Origin: Alphaproteobacteria bacterium
Lineage (GTDB): Bacteria; Pseudomonadota; Alphaproteobacteria; JABAAW01
Assembly: GCA_965216605.1 (NCBI GenBank)
Contig: CBDCGG010000002.1
Coordinates: forward strand, 239,645-303,644
Reading direction: 5' to 3'
DNA: 64,000 bases
Under the pieces are notes generated by a model. The model was not told the origin of the DNA and made no database searches. It was given only the letters and a program-made list of their open reading frames with translations. Of the stretch, positions 25,893 to 34,520 are shown one piece after another (the stretch's first letter is position 1; each line of letters opens with the position of its first letter). The position numbers were made by a program, and so were the translations under genes.

Positions 25893-26405
25893 TCAGCTGC
25901 TCTCCTTGTCCGCAACCTCAACATCTCCACCATCGGAGCCACCATCGGCATCGCTCGCAGAAACAGCCTCGCCGCCAGCCTCGTTGGTAGCCTCGTCGGT
26001 AGTCGCTGTCGCTTCCTCCGCCTCCGCTCCGAAGATAGCCTCTGCATGGATTTCAGGCAGAACCTCTGTAGCATGTCCCTCGAAAGAAACTACACCTTCA
26101 GCAGCAAGGCTCTCACTCACCCCTACTCCCCCCTCCTCGCCCTCTTCGGCTGCCGCCTCGATCGGAGAGAATCGCCGATGGTTTCTCACGATCGAATCTT
26201 CCAAAGCCTCGATATCCAAATTGCCCTGCATGATCTCGCGCAAGGCAATCACGGCGTTTTTCTCATGCTTTATCACACGATCACGCTCGACCGTGGGCTC
26301 GACCCCGCTCGCCAACTCGCGCCCGCGCTGTGCGCCGCACATCACCAAGCGAAAACGATTCGCTATTAAATCAACACTGTCTTCTATCGACACACGCGCC
26401 ATCAC
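25893..26405 (-). CDS. rpoZ: DNA-directed RNA polymerase subunit omega (RpoZ) with long acidic C-terminal tail
   Basis: MARVSIEDSVDLIANRFRLVMCGAQRGRELASG matches the RpoZ N-terminus; the D/E/A/G-rich extension is typical of alphaproteobacterial omega. Confidence 0.8.
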   Translation of the reverse strand: MMARVSIEDSVDLIANRFRLVMCGAQRGRELASGVEPTVERDRVIKHEKNAVIALREIMQGNLDIEALEDSIVRNHRRFSPIEAAAEEGEEGGVGVSESLAAEGVVSFEGHATEVLPEIHAEAIFGAEAEEATATTDEATNEAGGEAVSASDADGGSDGGDVEVADKESS

Positions 26406-26411
26406 AACACC

Positions 26412-27971
26412 TCAAGTTTTAGTTTTAAAAGGGATACCAATGTATCGGTCGCGCTTGCCTTGCAAGTCGGAAACCCTCAACAACACAACTTTACGCCCCG
26501 CCTTCTTCGCCTTCGTCAAGATTCGTCCTGCCGCCTCGACGGATGCAACCTTTACACCATTGATCTCTCGAATGACATTCCCGCGCTGCAAACCCTTCTC
26601 GGCAGCCTCGATGCCCGCCTTCACAATGACGAGCCCCTCAAGCGAGCGCGGAACCTTGTTGTGCGAGCGCACCGCCGCGGTCAATTCTATGACATCGACC
26701 TCGATCAAAGACAAGGATGCCGCCTTCACCTGCTTATCCGTAACAATGCCGTTGCGAGAATCTTCTGTCTTTCCTCCCCCCCCTTTACTTCCTCCGCGCG
26801 TACTGGCAAGCCGCTGCTCGCTCTGTCGCGCCACTTTCAGCGACAAGACAAGTCGCTTGCCTGCGCGCAAAACCTCGACGGGCACTGTCTTGCCGATCGG
26901 CGTTTGGGCTACCATCCACGGCAGGCGATCGTTGCGCGTCACCTTTTTGCGATTGTAAGAAACGATCACATCTCCGTTTTGCAAGCCTGCGCGCGCTGCG
27001 GGACTTTTGGGAGCAATACCTGAAACGATTACTCCCGCTGGCTTTCTAGAGCCCTTCCATCCCAAGCCTGCTGCGATATCTTCTGTGACGGGCTGGAAGG
27101 CGATTCCCATCCATGCGCGTTGCGCTTCTCCGTACTGACCTAGTTGCTCTACGATTGTGCGCGCGACAAGCGATGGAATTGCGAAGCCGATTCCGATCGA
27201 TCCTCCGCTGGGCGAGACGATCGCTGTGTTGATGCCGATCACGCGCCCGGAGAGGTCAAACAGGGGACCTCCTGAGTTGCCGCGATTGATCGGCGCGTCT
27301 GTCTGAATAAAGTCGTCGTAGGGACCTGCGCGAATATCGCGTCCGCGTGCGGAGACGATTCCTGCGGTCACGCTGCCACCGAATCCCAGCGGGTTGCCGA
27401 TCGCCATGACCCAATCTCCGACGCGCGTCCTGTCCGAATCGCCCCACGACACGGCGGGCAGACTTTTGTTGTGCTTTACGCGCAACAGCGCCAGATCGGT
27501 TTGCACATCTTTACCGACCACTTCTGCCGCCAGTTTTGTTCCGTCTTGTAGTACGACGACGATGCTCTCTGCCTTGTCGATCACATGGTTGTTGGTGACG
27601 ATCAGCCCTTTGGCATCGATCACGAAGCCCGACCCTTGCGAACGAGTGCGTCTTCGTTGTTGCGAGCCACCTTTTTCTTTTTGTCCTTGTTGCTCGCGGA
27701 ATTGTCGAAAGAGTTCTTCCAGTTGCGACCCTGGCGGAGCGCGAAACTCGAACTTCAAACCGCTACGCCGCTTGCTTTCGCTGACGGGGTGGCGCGCCTG
27801 AATATTGACGACGGACGGCGAGAGCTTTTCGGCGAGGTCGGCGAAGGAGTTCGGGCTAGAGCGCGCGTCCGCCGTTGCGACAACGCCGCACGAAAGCAGG
27901 AGCAGAGAGAAAATCGCAACCGCAGGCACATTTGCCGACAGCACACGCGAGAGGGATGACATACTAAACAA
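26412..27971 (-). CDS. degP: periplasmic serine endoprotease DegP/HtrA family (Do protease, two PDZ domains)
   Basis: Signal peptide; catalytic blocks GSGFVIDAKGLIVTNNHV, GNSGGPLFDLSGRVIGINTAI; two PDZ-like regions. Confidence 0.9.
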   Translation of the reverse strand: MFSMSSLSRVLSANVPAVAIFSLLLLSCGVVATADARSSPNSFADLAEKLSPSVVNIQARHPVSESKRRSGLKFEFRAPPGSQLEELFRQFREQQGQKEKGGSQQRRRTRSQGSGFVIDAKGLIVTNNHVIDKAESIVVVLQDGTKLAAEVVGKDVQTDLALLRVKHNKSLPAVSWGDSDRTRVGDWVMAIGNPLGFGGSVTAGIVSARGRDIRAGPYDDFIQTDAPINRGNSGGPLFDLSGRVIGINTAIVSPSGGSIGIGFAIPSLVARTIVEQLGQYGEAQRAWMGIAFQPVTEDIAAGLGWKGSRKPAGVIVSGIAPKSPAARAGLQNGDVIVSYNRKKVTRNDRLPWMVAQTPIGKTVPVEVLRAGKRLVLSLKVARQSEQRLASTRGGSKGGGGKTEDSRNGIVTDKQVKAASLSLIEVDVIELTAAVRSHNKVPRSLEGLVIVKAGIEAAEKGLQRGNVIREINGVKVASVEAAGRILTKAKKAGRKVVLLRVSDLQGKRDRYIGIPFKTKT

Positions 27972-28046
27972 GGAAGAGACGAGGAAAAATAAAGTGAGCG
28001 TTGAATTAGATACTGTCTACAATATGGTATTTTTCTTTCTTAAAGC

Positions 28047-28094
28047 AAGGTTTTTCGCAAAATTTTTCACAAGGTTTTTCACAAGATTTTTTTG
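28047..28094. repeat. AT-rich 12-bp tandem repeat x4 (aaggtttttcac-like) upstream of the mttB-family gene
   Basis: aaggtttttcgc / aaaatttttcac / aaggtttttcac / aagatttttttg, seen directly. Confidence 0.85.
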
Positions 28095-28183
28095 TGTGAA
28101 AAAATAAATTGCGATAGAGGCAAAAAAAGATAAGAATACCACGCAAGAACGACATAACAAAATGACATAGCAGGGAGGTTGTT

Positions 28184-29764
28184 GTGATGGCGCAAGAAAC
28201 AGCAAATATTTCTACGGATATTTCTTCGGAACGTCGTCGTGGCGGCGGTCGCGAGGGTCGTCGCGCGCTCCGTGCGCAAGCGGCGGTTGATCGTCGCGAT
28301 ACGGCGGCGGCGTATATCAAGCGCGGCATGCCTGTCTACAACTACTTCAGCGAGGAGCAGCTCGATCGTATTTGCCAAAACGGCGCGAAGATTCTGAAGG
28401 ACATCGGCTTGGAGTTTCGTGAGGATGAGGAATCGCTCGCCCTGTGGAGGCAAGCGGGAGCAAAGGTGGAGGGCGAGCGCGTGCGTTGCGACGAATCCAC
28501 GCTGTTGGATATCGTCAAGAGCGTTCCTTCTCAATTCACGCTACATGCGCGCAATCCGAAACGCTCGGTACAGATCGGCGGGGATGCGACGGTGTTTTTG
28601 CCTACTTATGGACCTCCGTTTGTGCGCTCGCTGAAGGAGGGACGACGCTATGGGACGATCGAGGACTTCCGTAATTTTTCCAAGTTGACCTACTTGTCGC
28701 CCGCGCTGCACCACAACGGCGGCACGCTGTGCGAGCCGACCGATCTTCCCGTCAACAAGCGACACTTGGAGATGCTATACAGCCACGCGCGCTACTCGGA
28801 CAAGGGCTTTCTCGGCTCGGTGACCGCGCCTGAACGAGCGCAAGATTCCGTCGATTTTGCCAAAATCATCTTCGGCGAGGAGTTCACAGACAACAACGCC
28901 GTCATCAGCGCGATCATCAATGTCAACTCGCCGCTCGTCTTCGACAACACGATGACGGGCGCGCTGAAGGTCTATGCGCGGGCTAACCAGCCTTGCATCG
29001 TCTCTCCCTTCATCTTGTCGGGAGCAATGGGCCCCGTCACTGTGGCAGGCACGCTTTCGCAAATCTACGCCGAGAGCCTGCTAGGCGCAGCCCTTGTACA
29101 GCTCTACCGCAAGGGAGCACCACACATCATGGGAACATTTGCAACTTCGCTTTCGATGCTTTCAGGCGCGCCTTGTTTTGGAACTGCCGAATCCAGCATG
29201 GTGCAACTCGGCTGTGGGCAGCTCGCGCGCAGGTTGGGCTTTCCGTTGCGCTCTAGCGGAGCTTTGTGTGGCTCTAAGATCATGGACGCGCAGGCAGCTT
29301 ACGAATCGGCGATCTCTATGCAAACGAATCTGTTTGCGGGCAACAATGTTGTCATGCATACGGCGGGATGGCTGGAGGGAGGCTTAGTGATGGACTACGA
29401 GAAATTTGTATTGGACGCAGATCAGGCTATGGCTTTTGTCAGGTTGGCGACGCCGCCTGAAACGGACGAGAACCAACTGGCTTTCGATGCGCTGCAGGAG
29501 GTCGGACCGGGCGGACACTACTTGGGCTGCGCGCACACGCAAGCCAACTTCGAGACTGCCTTCCACAACTCGCCTTTTGTCGACAACGAGTCCTTCGAGC
29601 GATGGAAAGCTGAGGGAGAAAAAGACATGGTGGCGCGCGCTGCAGAAAAGGTCGAGAAGATGTTGAACGAGTACGAAGCACCGCCTATCGACGAGGCGCT
29701 TGATGAAAACCTGCTCGACTTCATAAAGCGGCGTAAGGAGTCCATGCCCGATGCGTGGATCTAG
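28184..29764 (+). CDS. MttB-superfamily (trimethylamine/glycine-betaine:corrinoid) methyltransferase, non-pyrrolysine type
   Basis: 526 aa. N-terminal region (YNYFSEEQLDRICQNGAKILKDIGLEF.EDEESLALWRQAGAKVEG.RVR) is characteristic of COG5598 MttB-family proteins. No in-frame amber codon. Confidence 0.7.
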   Translation: MMAQETANISTDISSERRRGGGREGRRALRAQAAVDRRDTAAAYIKRGMPVYNYFSEEQLDRICQNGAKILKDIGLEFREDEESLALWRQAGAKVEGERVRCDESTLLDIVKSVPSQFTLHARNPKRSVQIGGDATVFLPTYGPPFVRSLKEGRRYGTIEDFRNFSKLTYLSPALHHNGGTLCEPTDLPVNKRHLEMLYSHARYSDKGFLGSVTAPERAQDSVDFAKIIFGEEFTDNNAVISAIINVNSPLVFDNTMTGALKVYARANQPCIVSPFILSGAMGPVTVAGTLSQIYAESLLGAALVQLYRKGAPHIMGTFATSLSMLSGAPCFGTAESSMVQLGCGQLARRLGFPLRSSGALCGSKIMDAQAAYESAISMQTNLFAGNNVVMHTAGWLEGGLVMDYEKFVLDADQAMAFVRLATPPETDENQLAFDALQEVGPGGHYLGCAHTQANFETAFHNSPFVDNESFERWKAEGEKDMVARAAEKVEKMLNEYEAPPIDEALDENLLDFIKRRKESMPDAWI

Positions 29765-29770
29765 TCAAAA

Positions 29771-30277
29771 TTGCCTGCTGCGTTCTTGAGCCTTTTTGCT
29801 TTTTGCGCGCGGATTATTTTAACGACGATGGCGGATATTTCTTCTGACAAGAACTTGTGGCGACGCTTGTGCGTTTCGTTGCGCGCGTGGGTTATCGATC
29901 ATTGGCGCGGAGATTTATCGCTTGTCGAGTCTTTTTGGATCAACTGTTTTTTCGTAAACTTGGGAGCGGGCATTGTATTGCGTCGCCTTGCGCCTTCGCC
30001 AGCGGGCGTGATGGTGTTCGGCGTGTTGTCGGTGGGGATTTCTGTGTGGCAGTTGGTGGGCTTGTGGCGATCGGCGCACAAGAACAGCAAGAAGCAGCCG
30101 TTTTGGTCGGCGATTGTGAAGGGAGTGTGCGTGATGAATGTTGTCGTTTTTGTGATGGTGATGCTGGCGGTGTTGTTCGGCGACTTCGGAGGGGGGGGAA
30201 TCAATTTGCCTGCCGATTTGCCTGCCGATTTGCCTGCCGATTTACCTGGGCAGAGCATACCGAGCGGCTTTCTTTAA
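29771..30277 (+). CDS. hypothetical small integral membrane protein with C-terminal (LPAD)x4 repeat
   Basis: Three predicted hydrophobic segments. C-terminus NLPADLPADLPADLPG encoded by a 12-bp tandem repeat x4. Real start may be the internal Met at 29828. Confidence 0.45.
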   Translation: MPAAFLSLFAFCARIILTTMADISSDKNLWRRLCVSLRAWVIDHWRGDLSLVESFWINCFFVNLGAGIVLRRLAPSPAGVMVFGVLSVGISVWQLVGLWRSAHKNSKKQPFWSAIVKGVCVMNVVVFVMVMLAVLFGDFGGGGINLPADLPADLPADLPGQSIPSGFL

Positions 30278-30377
30278 ACTTGAGCCAAAATTTACTCAAG
30301 ATTTGACGAAGATTTTTTTACACCAAGCCTTGACGAGGGGAAACAGAGGTGCTAGAAAGCCCTCTTGTCGTGCTGTA

Positions 30378-30490
30378 GGGCTGAAGTTGGGGGGCTGAAG
30401 TTGGGGGGCTGAGCTTGGGGGAGCTGAAGTTGGGGGCTAGAGAGGGCATAGGGGGATGCAGGGGGAAAATGGGGGATACAAATGGGGGAA
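30378..30490 (+). repeat. G-tract-rich tandem array (gggctgaagttgggg x about 4, then GGGGG every 10-12 bp) upstream of the OMP-like gene
   Basis: Seen directly; at least 9 runs of G4-G6 on the plus strand within about 110 bp. Confidence 0.85.
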
Positions 30491-30542
30491 CAATCGTTTT
30501 TTACAAACAACAACATCAACATCACACAAGGAGTTTCTTCTG

Positions 30543-31289
30543 ATGAGAAAAGGAATTATTGTTGCCCTCGCCACGCTGGCGATGGGTTTGACGGGCTTGT
30601 TTGCGTCTCCTGCGAAGGGGCTGCAGTTTGGCTTTAATGCGGGTTATAGCTCGGTGGGCTTTCAGTTGCATGGCATGGGCGGAGAGCTTCTGTTCGGCTT
30701 TCAGGGCAAGGACGAGCATCGTCCTGAAGGCTCGGTGCTACGCATCGGCTTGGCGGGTGCTTCAGGAGAGGGCGAGACCGACCTCACAAAAGCAAAATGG
30801 GGCGGGGTGAGCTTCAATAATTTCATCATCGGAACAGCCGCTCAAGCTTTGGGAGGACTGGCGGGATTTGCTCAGTTGCCTGCTGCGCAACAACAAGGAG
30901 CAATCGCAGGAGCGCTAGCGGGCATCGAGGGAGGTCTTACACAAGCCGGCATCAGCGATCTTACAAAAGCCAAGGGTGTTGGCAATGCCTTCCTTCTCTC
31001 GGCGGCGTATGAGTATGTGTTGCCGCAAGGTGTGCCGGGGCTGGGCTTCATCGTCGGCGGCGAGCTGTATGTTTCGCAAGGGAGCCTCGTAGGTGAATCG
31101 ACCGATGGAGGCATCGGGGGAGGCGGTGTTGTTGGCATCAGCTACTACACGAAGAACGGCTTGAACTTCACTTTCAAGACCGGACTCGGTGTCGTCGATC
31201 CCGGAGAAGTGACTGTGACTAACGTGAAGGTCGAGCCTGAGGCGAAGTTCTACGCCAGCCCGAGTTTCTCGATCGGCTTCATTCACTAG
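30543..31289 (+). CDS. secreted Gly-rich hypothetical protein, possibly outer-membrane beta-barrel
   Basis: AAGGAG RBS 10 nt upstream. Signal peptide MRKGIIVALATLAMGLTGLFASPA. Gly/Ala-rich with alternating aromatic/hydrophobic stretches, internal DLTKAK duplicate, aromatic C-terminus ...FSIGFIH. Confidence 0.5.
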   Translation: MRKGIIVALATLAMGLTGLFASPAKGLQFGFNAGYSSVGFQLHGMGGELLFGFQGKDEHRPEGSVLRIGLAGASGEGETDLTKAKWGGVSFNNFIIGTAAQALGGLAGFAQLPAAQQQGAIAGALAGIEGGLTQAGISDLTKAKGVGNAFLLSAAYEYVLPQGVPGLGFIVGGELYVSQGSLVGESTDGGIGGGGVVGISYYTKNGLNFTFKTGLGVVDPGEVTVTNVKVEPEAKFYASPSFSIGFIH

Positions 31290-31307
31290 TTCCCTTTAAC
31301 AAAATTG

Positions 31308-31347
31308 AGGACGCGGGCTTTCATTGCTCGCGTCCTCTTTTTTTTGC
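31308..31347 (+). terminator. rho-independent terminator
   Basis: GAGGACGCG-ggctttcattgct-CGCGTCCTC followed by TTTTTTTT. Confidence 0.65.
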
Positions 31348-31386
31348 TTGCGGATTGGCGCAGATTAAGTTTAGGATTAGCGTGTT

Positions 31387-31665
31387 ATGCGTTCTTTGAT
31401 CGAGTTAGTGTTGTTGCTGTTGCGTTTGTACGGCTGGTGTCTGATTGCGGTTGCGATCATGAGTTGGATGTTGGCGTTTGGCGTTATCAACGCTTACTCG
31501 CCTGTGGTGCGCTCGCTTTTGGAGATTTTGTATCGATTGACCGAGCCACTCTTGCGTCCGATAAGGCGTATTATTCCGTCGGTTGCGGGGGTTGATTTCT
31601 CGCCGGTGATTGCTCTGCTGGGCTTGTGGTTTGTCGGGCAGTTGATTAGGGAATATCTGCTTTAG
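31387..31665 (+). CDS. yggT: YggT-family membrane protein
   Basis: 92 aa; LLLLRLYGWCLIAVAIMSW...EPLLRPIRRIIPSVAGVDFSPVIALLGL matches YggT/Ycf19. Confidence 0.8.
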   Translation: MRSLIELVLLLLRLYGWCLIAVAIMSWMLAFGVINAYSPVVRSLLEILYRLTEPLLRPIRRIIPSVAGVDFSPVIALLGLWFVGQLIREYLL

Positions 31666-31703
31666 AGAGGGGGAGTGTGTTCGGGGGGTATCTTTAAACG
31701 ACG

Positions 31704-32739
31704 ATGAGCGAAAAGAAGCAGAGGATCGATCCTATTCGGCGGGTACGCGGGATGCAGGATTTTCTGCCTGAGCGCGCGGCGGGGATGCGCAGGATTGCGC
31801 GGATTGCGGAGGATGTTGCGAGGCTGTACGGATTCGAGCGCATAGAGATTCCTATATTAGAGAGGGCAAGTTTGTATCGGAGGTCGTTGGGTTTAGGGAG
31901 CGATGTTGTGATGAAGGAGATGTATGCCTTTGAGGATAAAAAAGACAAGAATGACAATAGCGAGGAGTTATGTTTGCGTCCTGAGGGGACGGCGGGGGTG
32001 ATGCGGATGTTGATCGAGAACGGATTGACGCAGACGCTACCGCAGCGATGGTTTTACGAAGGGGCGATGTTTCGTAGGGAGCGTCCGCAGAAAGGACGAT
32101 TTCGCCAATTTCACCAGTGCGGCGTGGAGTTTTTGACTACTCACTACGATTTCATAACAGTCGACTTAGAGGTATTGAAATGCGCTTGGCATTTTTTGAA
32201 AGAATTAGGATTAGCAAAACAAGGATACTTAAATTCAATTGGCTTGGAACAATTGAGGAAAGAGCGCAATACAACATATTGCTTACGCAACACTTTCAAG
32301 AATATAGAACGATGCTCTTTGCTAGAGAGTGTTGAACGCTTCAACGAGGTCAACGCCTTGCGCATTTTTGATTCTAAAGACCCAAGACCAAGAGGCGATT
32401 GAAAACGCACCAGACTTTGAATTAAACGAAACATCAAAAGAAAATATTAAAACAATAAAAAGCTGGTTAACAGAACATTTAAACATACCTTATGAATCGA
32501 TTCTAGCTTGTGCGCGGATTGGATTATTACAGCAACCTTGTTACGAATTTGTTGAAAAAGGATCGACACGCGAACAAGCAACGCTGTTAGCGGGGGGGCG
32601 GTACAATGGCTTGTGCGAACAAATTAGCGGACGCGCTGACAACCCCCCTTTGACGGGCGTGGGCTGGGCAGCAGGATTGGAACGTTTGCTTAATTTATCT
32701 TCATTGTCGAGTAATTTTAATTCAGAGATAAAAATATAA
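31704..32739 (+). pseudogene. hisS: histidyl-tRNA synthetase (hisS), compositionally chimeric, frameshifted and 3'-degraded
   Basis: First frame (31704-32402): HisRS motif 1 and motif 2 (FRRERPQKGRFRQFHQCGVEFL). GC drops from about 60% to about 35% near 32150 inside the gene. Second frame (32329-32739) continues HisRS (..GGRYNGLCEQISG..PLTGVGWAAGLERL) after a frameshift. The anticodon-binding domain is not intact; only stop-interrupted remnants lie in the AT-rich DNA that follows. Confidence 0.6.
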
Positions 32740-33355
32740 AAATTTGTCTTTCTGATTCTATTGTTCCGATATTTGCAAATAAAATTCCTCTGTAAGCAAA
32801 AGAGTTTATGATTGAAAATTTTAGAAACAAATTACATTTTAAAATTCTTAAAAATAATAAAAATATTGTTCTTGTTCTTCTTAAAATGTCAAATATCATT
32901 ACGCTCAAAATGATTACAGAAAAAATAGAAGAAAATTCAAATTTTCTTATTGTTAGATCTATAAGTAGCGATAAGGAAAAATGATGACTTTACATTGTAT
33001 AATATTAAAAAAAGAGATCAAAGCATTATGTTGAGCGTTTGCAGACTTAATTTTATTGATCAATTAAACAAAGAACTAAAAGATTTCATTCAAGAAGAAA
33101 ATCTATAACCCCCTGATGGAAAAACAATTCTATCGGCATGGTGGGCGTTCGTGTGATGCATGCATCCAAGTCATGACACTTGGCGGATTAAAACATGCGT
33201 ATAGGCACGACGATAAGCAGTATGATCTGCCAAGTCGGGAATAAATTCCCCCGCCATGCCGAATCTACATGCATCCTATAAGCATCTCCCGCGTCGGTAA
33301 GAAAAAGGTTGGTTATTAATTTATTTGCTTTTTTGTTAAATTAAGTTATTGTATT
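32150..33355. other. AT-rich (about 30-38% GC) island in an otherwise about 60% GC region, containing the degraded hisS 3' end
   Basis: Compositional discontinuity seen directly. Short stop-interrupted reading frames with HisRS anticodon-domain-like residues (e.g. 32808-32981 MIENFRNKLHFKILKNNKNIVLVLL...). No intact ORF. Confidence 0.6.
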
Positions 33356-33359
33356 AACT

Positions 33360-34520
33360 ATGAGTACACAAGACGAGTTCTGGCGCGAGCGATTCGCAAC
33401 CTCCCTCCGTCAAGAGGAAACAACCCAACTCGCCCTAAACAATCCCACAATCCCTAATGCCGAGCGCGTAACCCTCGCAAAAACACTCGCATCCCTAACC
33501 CCCCTTTGTAACGAAATCCGCTCCTACAATAATCTAACCCAACAAAAAACCTCCGCCCAAAACCTCCTCGCCGAAGAACCAGATTTGGATAAAGCGCTCA
33601 AATCCCTCGCCTCAGAAGAAATTATAACCCTAGAAAAACAACGCACCGCCATCCTAGACAATATTCAAACCCTCATGCTCGACTCATCGGAGGAAGAAAT
33701 AAATACCGCCATCCTAGAAATTAGACCCGGTACAGGCGGCGAGGAAGCCGCCCTCTTCGCAGCCGACCTCCTATCTATGTACCAACGATACTCCGCAAAT
33801 AATTCCTACAAGTTCGAGGCTATCTCCATACAACAAACCCAACAAGGCGGTATCAAAGAAGCCATCGCTACCATCGAAGGACCCCGCGCCTTCACAAGAC
33901 TCTCGGTAGAATCAGGCGTGCATCGCGTCCAACGAATCCCCGAAACCGAAACACAAGGCAGGATCCATACCTCCGCCGCAACCGTCGCCATCCTACCGCA
34001 AACCTCAGAAGTACAACACCCCCTCCTAGAACAAGACCTCCGAACAGAAACCTTCCGCGCACAAGGCGCAGGAGGACAGCATGTCAATACAACCGACTCC
34101 GCCGTGCGTATAACCCATATACCCTCAGGACAAGTCGTACAATGCCAAGACGAAAAATCTCAACACCGAAACCGCGAAAAAGCACTCAAAGTTCTCACCG
34201 CACGAGTGCAACAACATATCCAAGATTCACAAAATGCCGAACGCTCCGCAACACGCAATTCACAAATAGGTAGTGGTGATCGCTCAGAGCGAATCCGTAC
34301 TTATAACTTTCCGCAAAACCGAATCACCGACCACCGCATCTCCCTCACCCTCTATAAACTCGATCGCATCATGCAAGGCGACGGGTTGGAGCTACTACTC
34401 AATCCCCTCGAAGCCGCCCGAAAATCCGAGCGCATAACCCAACTCCAAGAACAAAGCCCCCTGCCAAAAACCTCCCCCTCTCCCAACAAGCAAGCAAACA
34501 AAAAAAATGCCTCGCCTTGA
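33360..34520 (+). CDS. prfA: peptide chain release factor 1 (PrfA)
   Basis: GGQ motif (FRAQGAGGQHVNTTDSAVRITHIPSG), PxT-type decoding region, RF-1 length. Coding strand is strongly C+A-rich. Confidence 0.9.
   Translation: MSTQDEFWRERFATSLRQEETTQLALNNPTIPNAERVTLAKTLASLTPLCNEIRSYNNLTQQKTSAQNLLAEEPDLDKALKSLASEEIITLEKQRTAILDNIQTLMLDSSEEEINTAILEIRPGTGGEEAALFAADLLSMYQRYSANNSYKFEAISIQQTQQGGIKEAIATIEGPRAFTRLSVESGVHRVQRIPETETQGRIHTSAATVAILPQTSEVQHPLLEQDLRTETFRAQGAGGQHVNTTDSAVRITHIPSGQVVQCQDEKSQHRNREKALKVLTARVQQHIQDSQNAERSATRNSQIGSGDRSERIRTYNFPQNRITDHRISLTLYKLDRIMQGDGLELLLNPLEAARKSERITQLQEQSPLPKTSPSPNKQANKKNASP

Noticed and set aside
28184-29764. Pyrrolysine-containing MttB (in-frame UAG)
   Set aside because: The ORF is continuous with no internal amber codon, so this is a non-Pyl MttB-family member.
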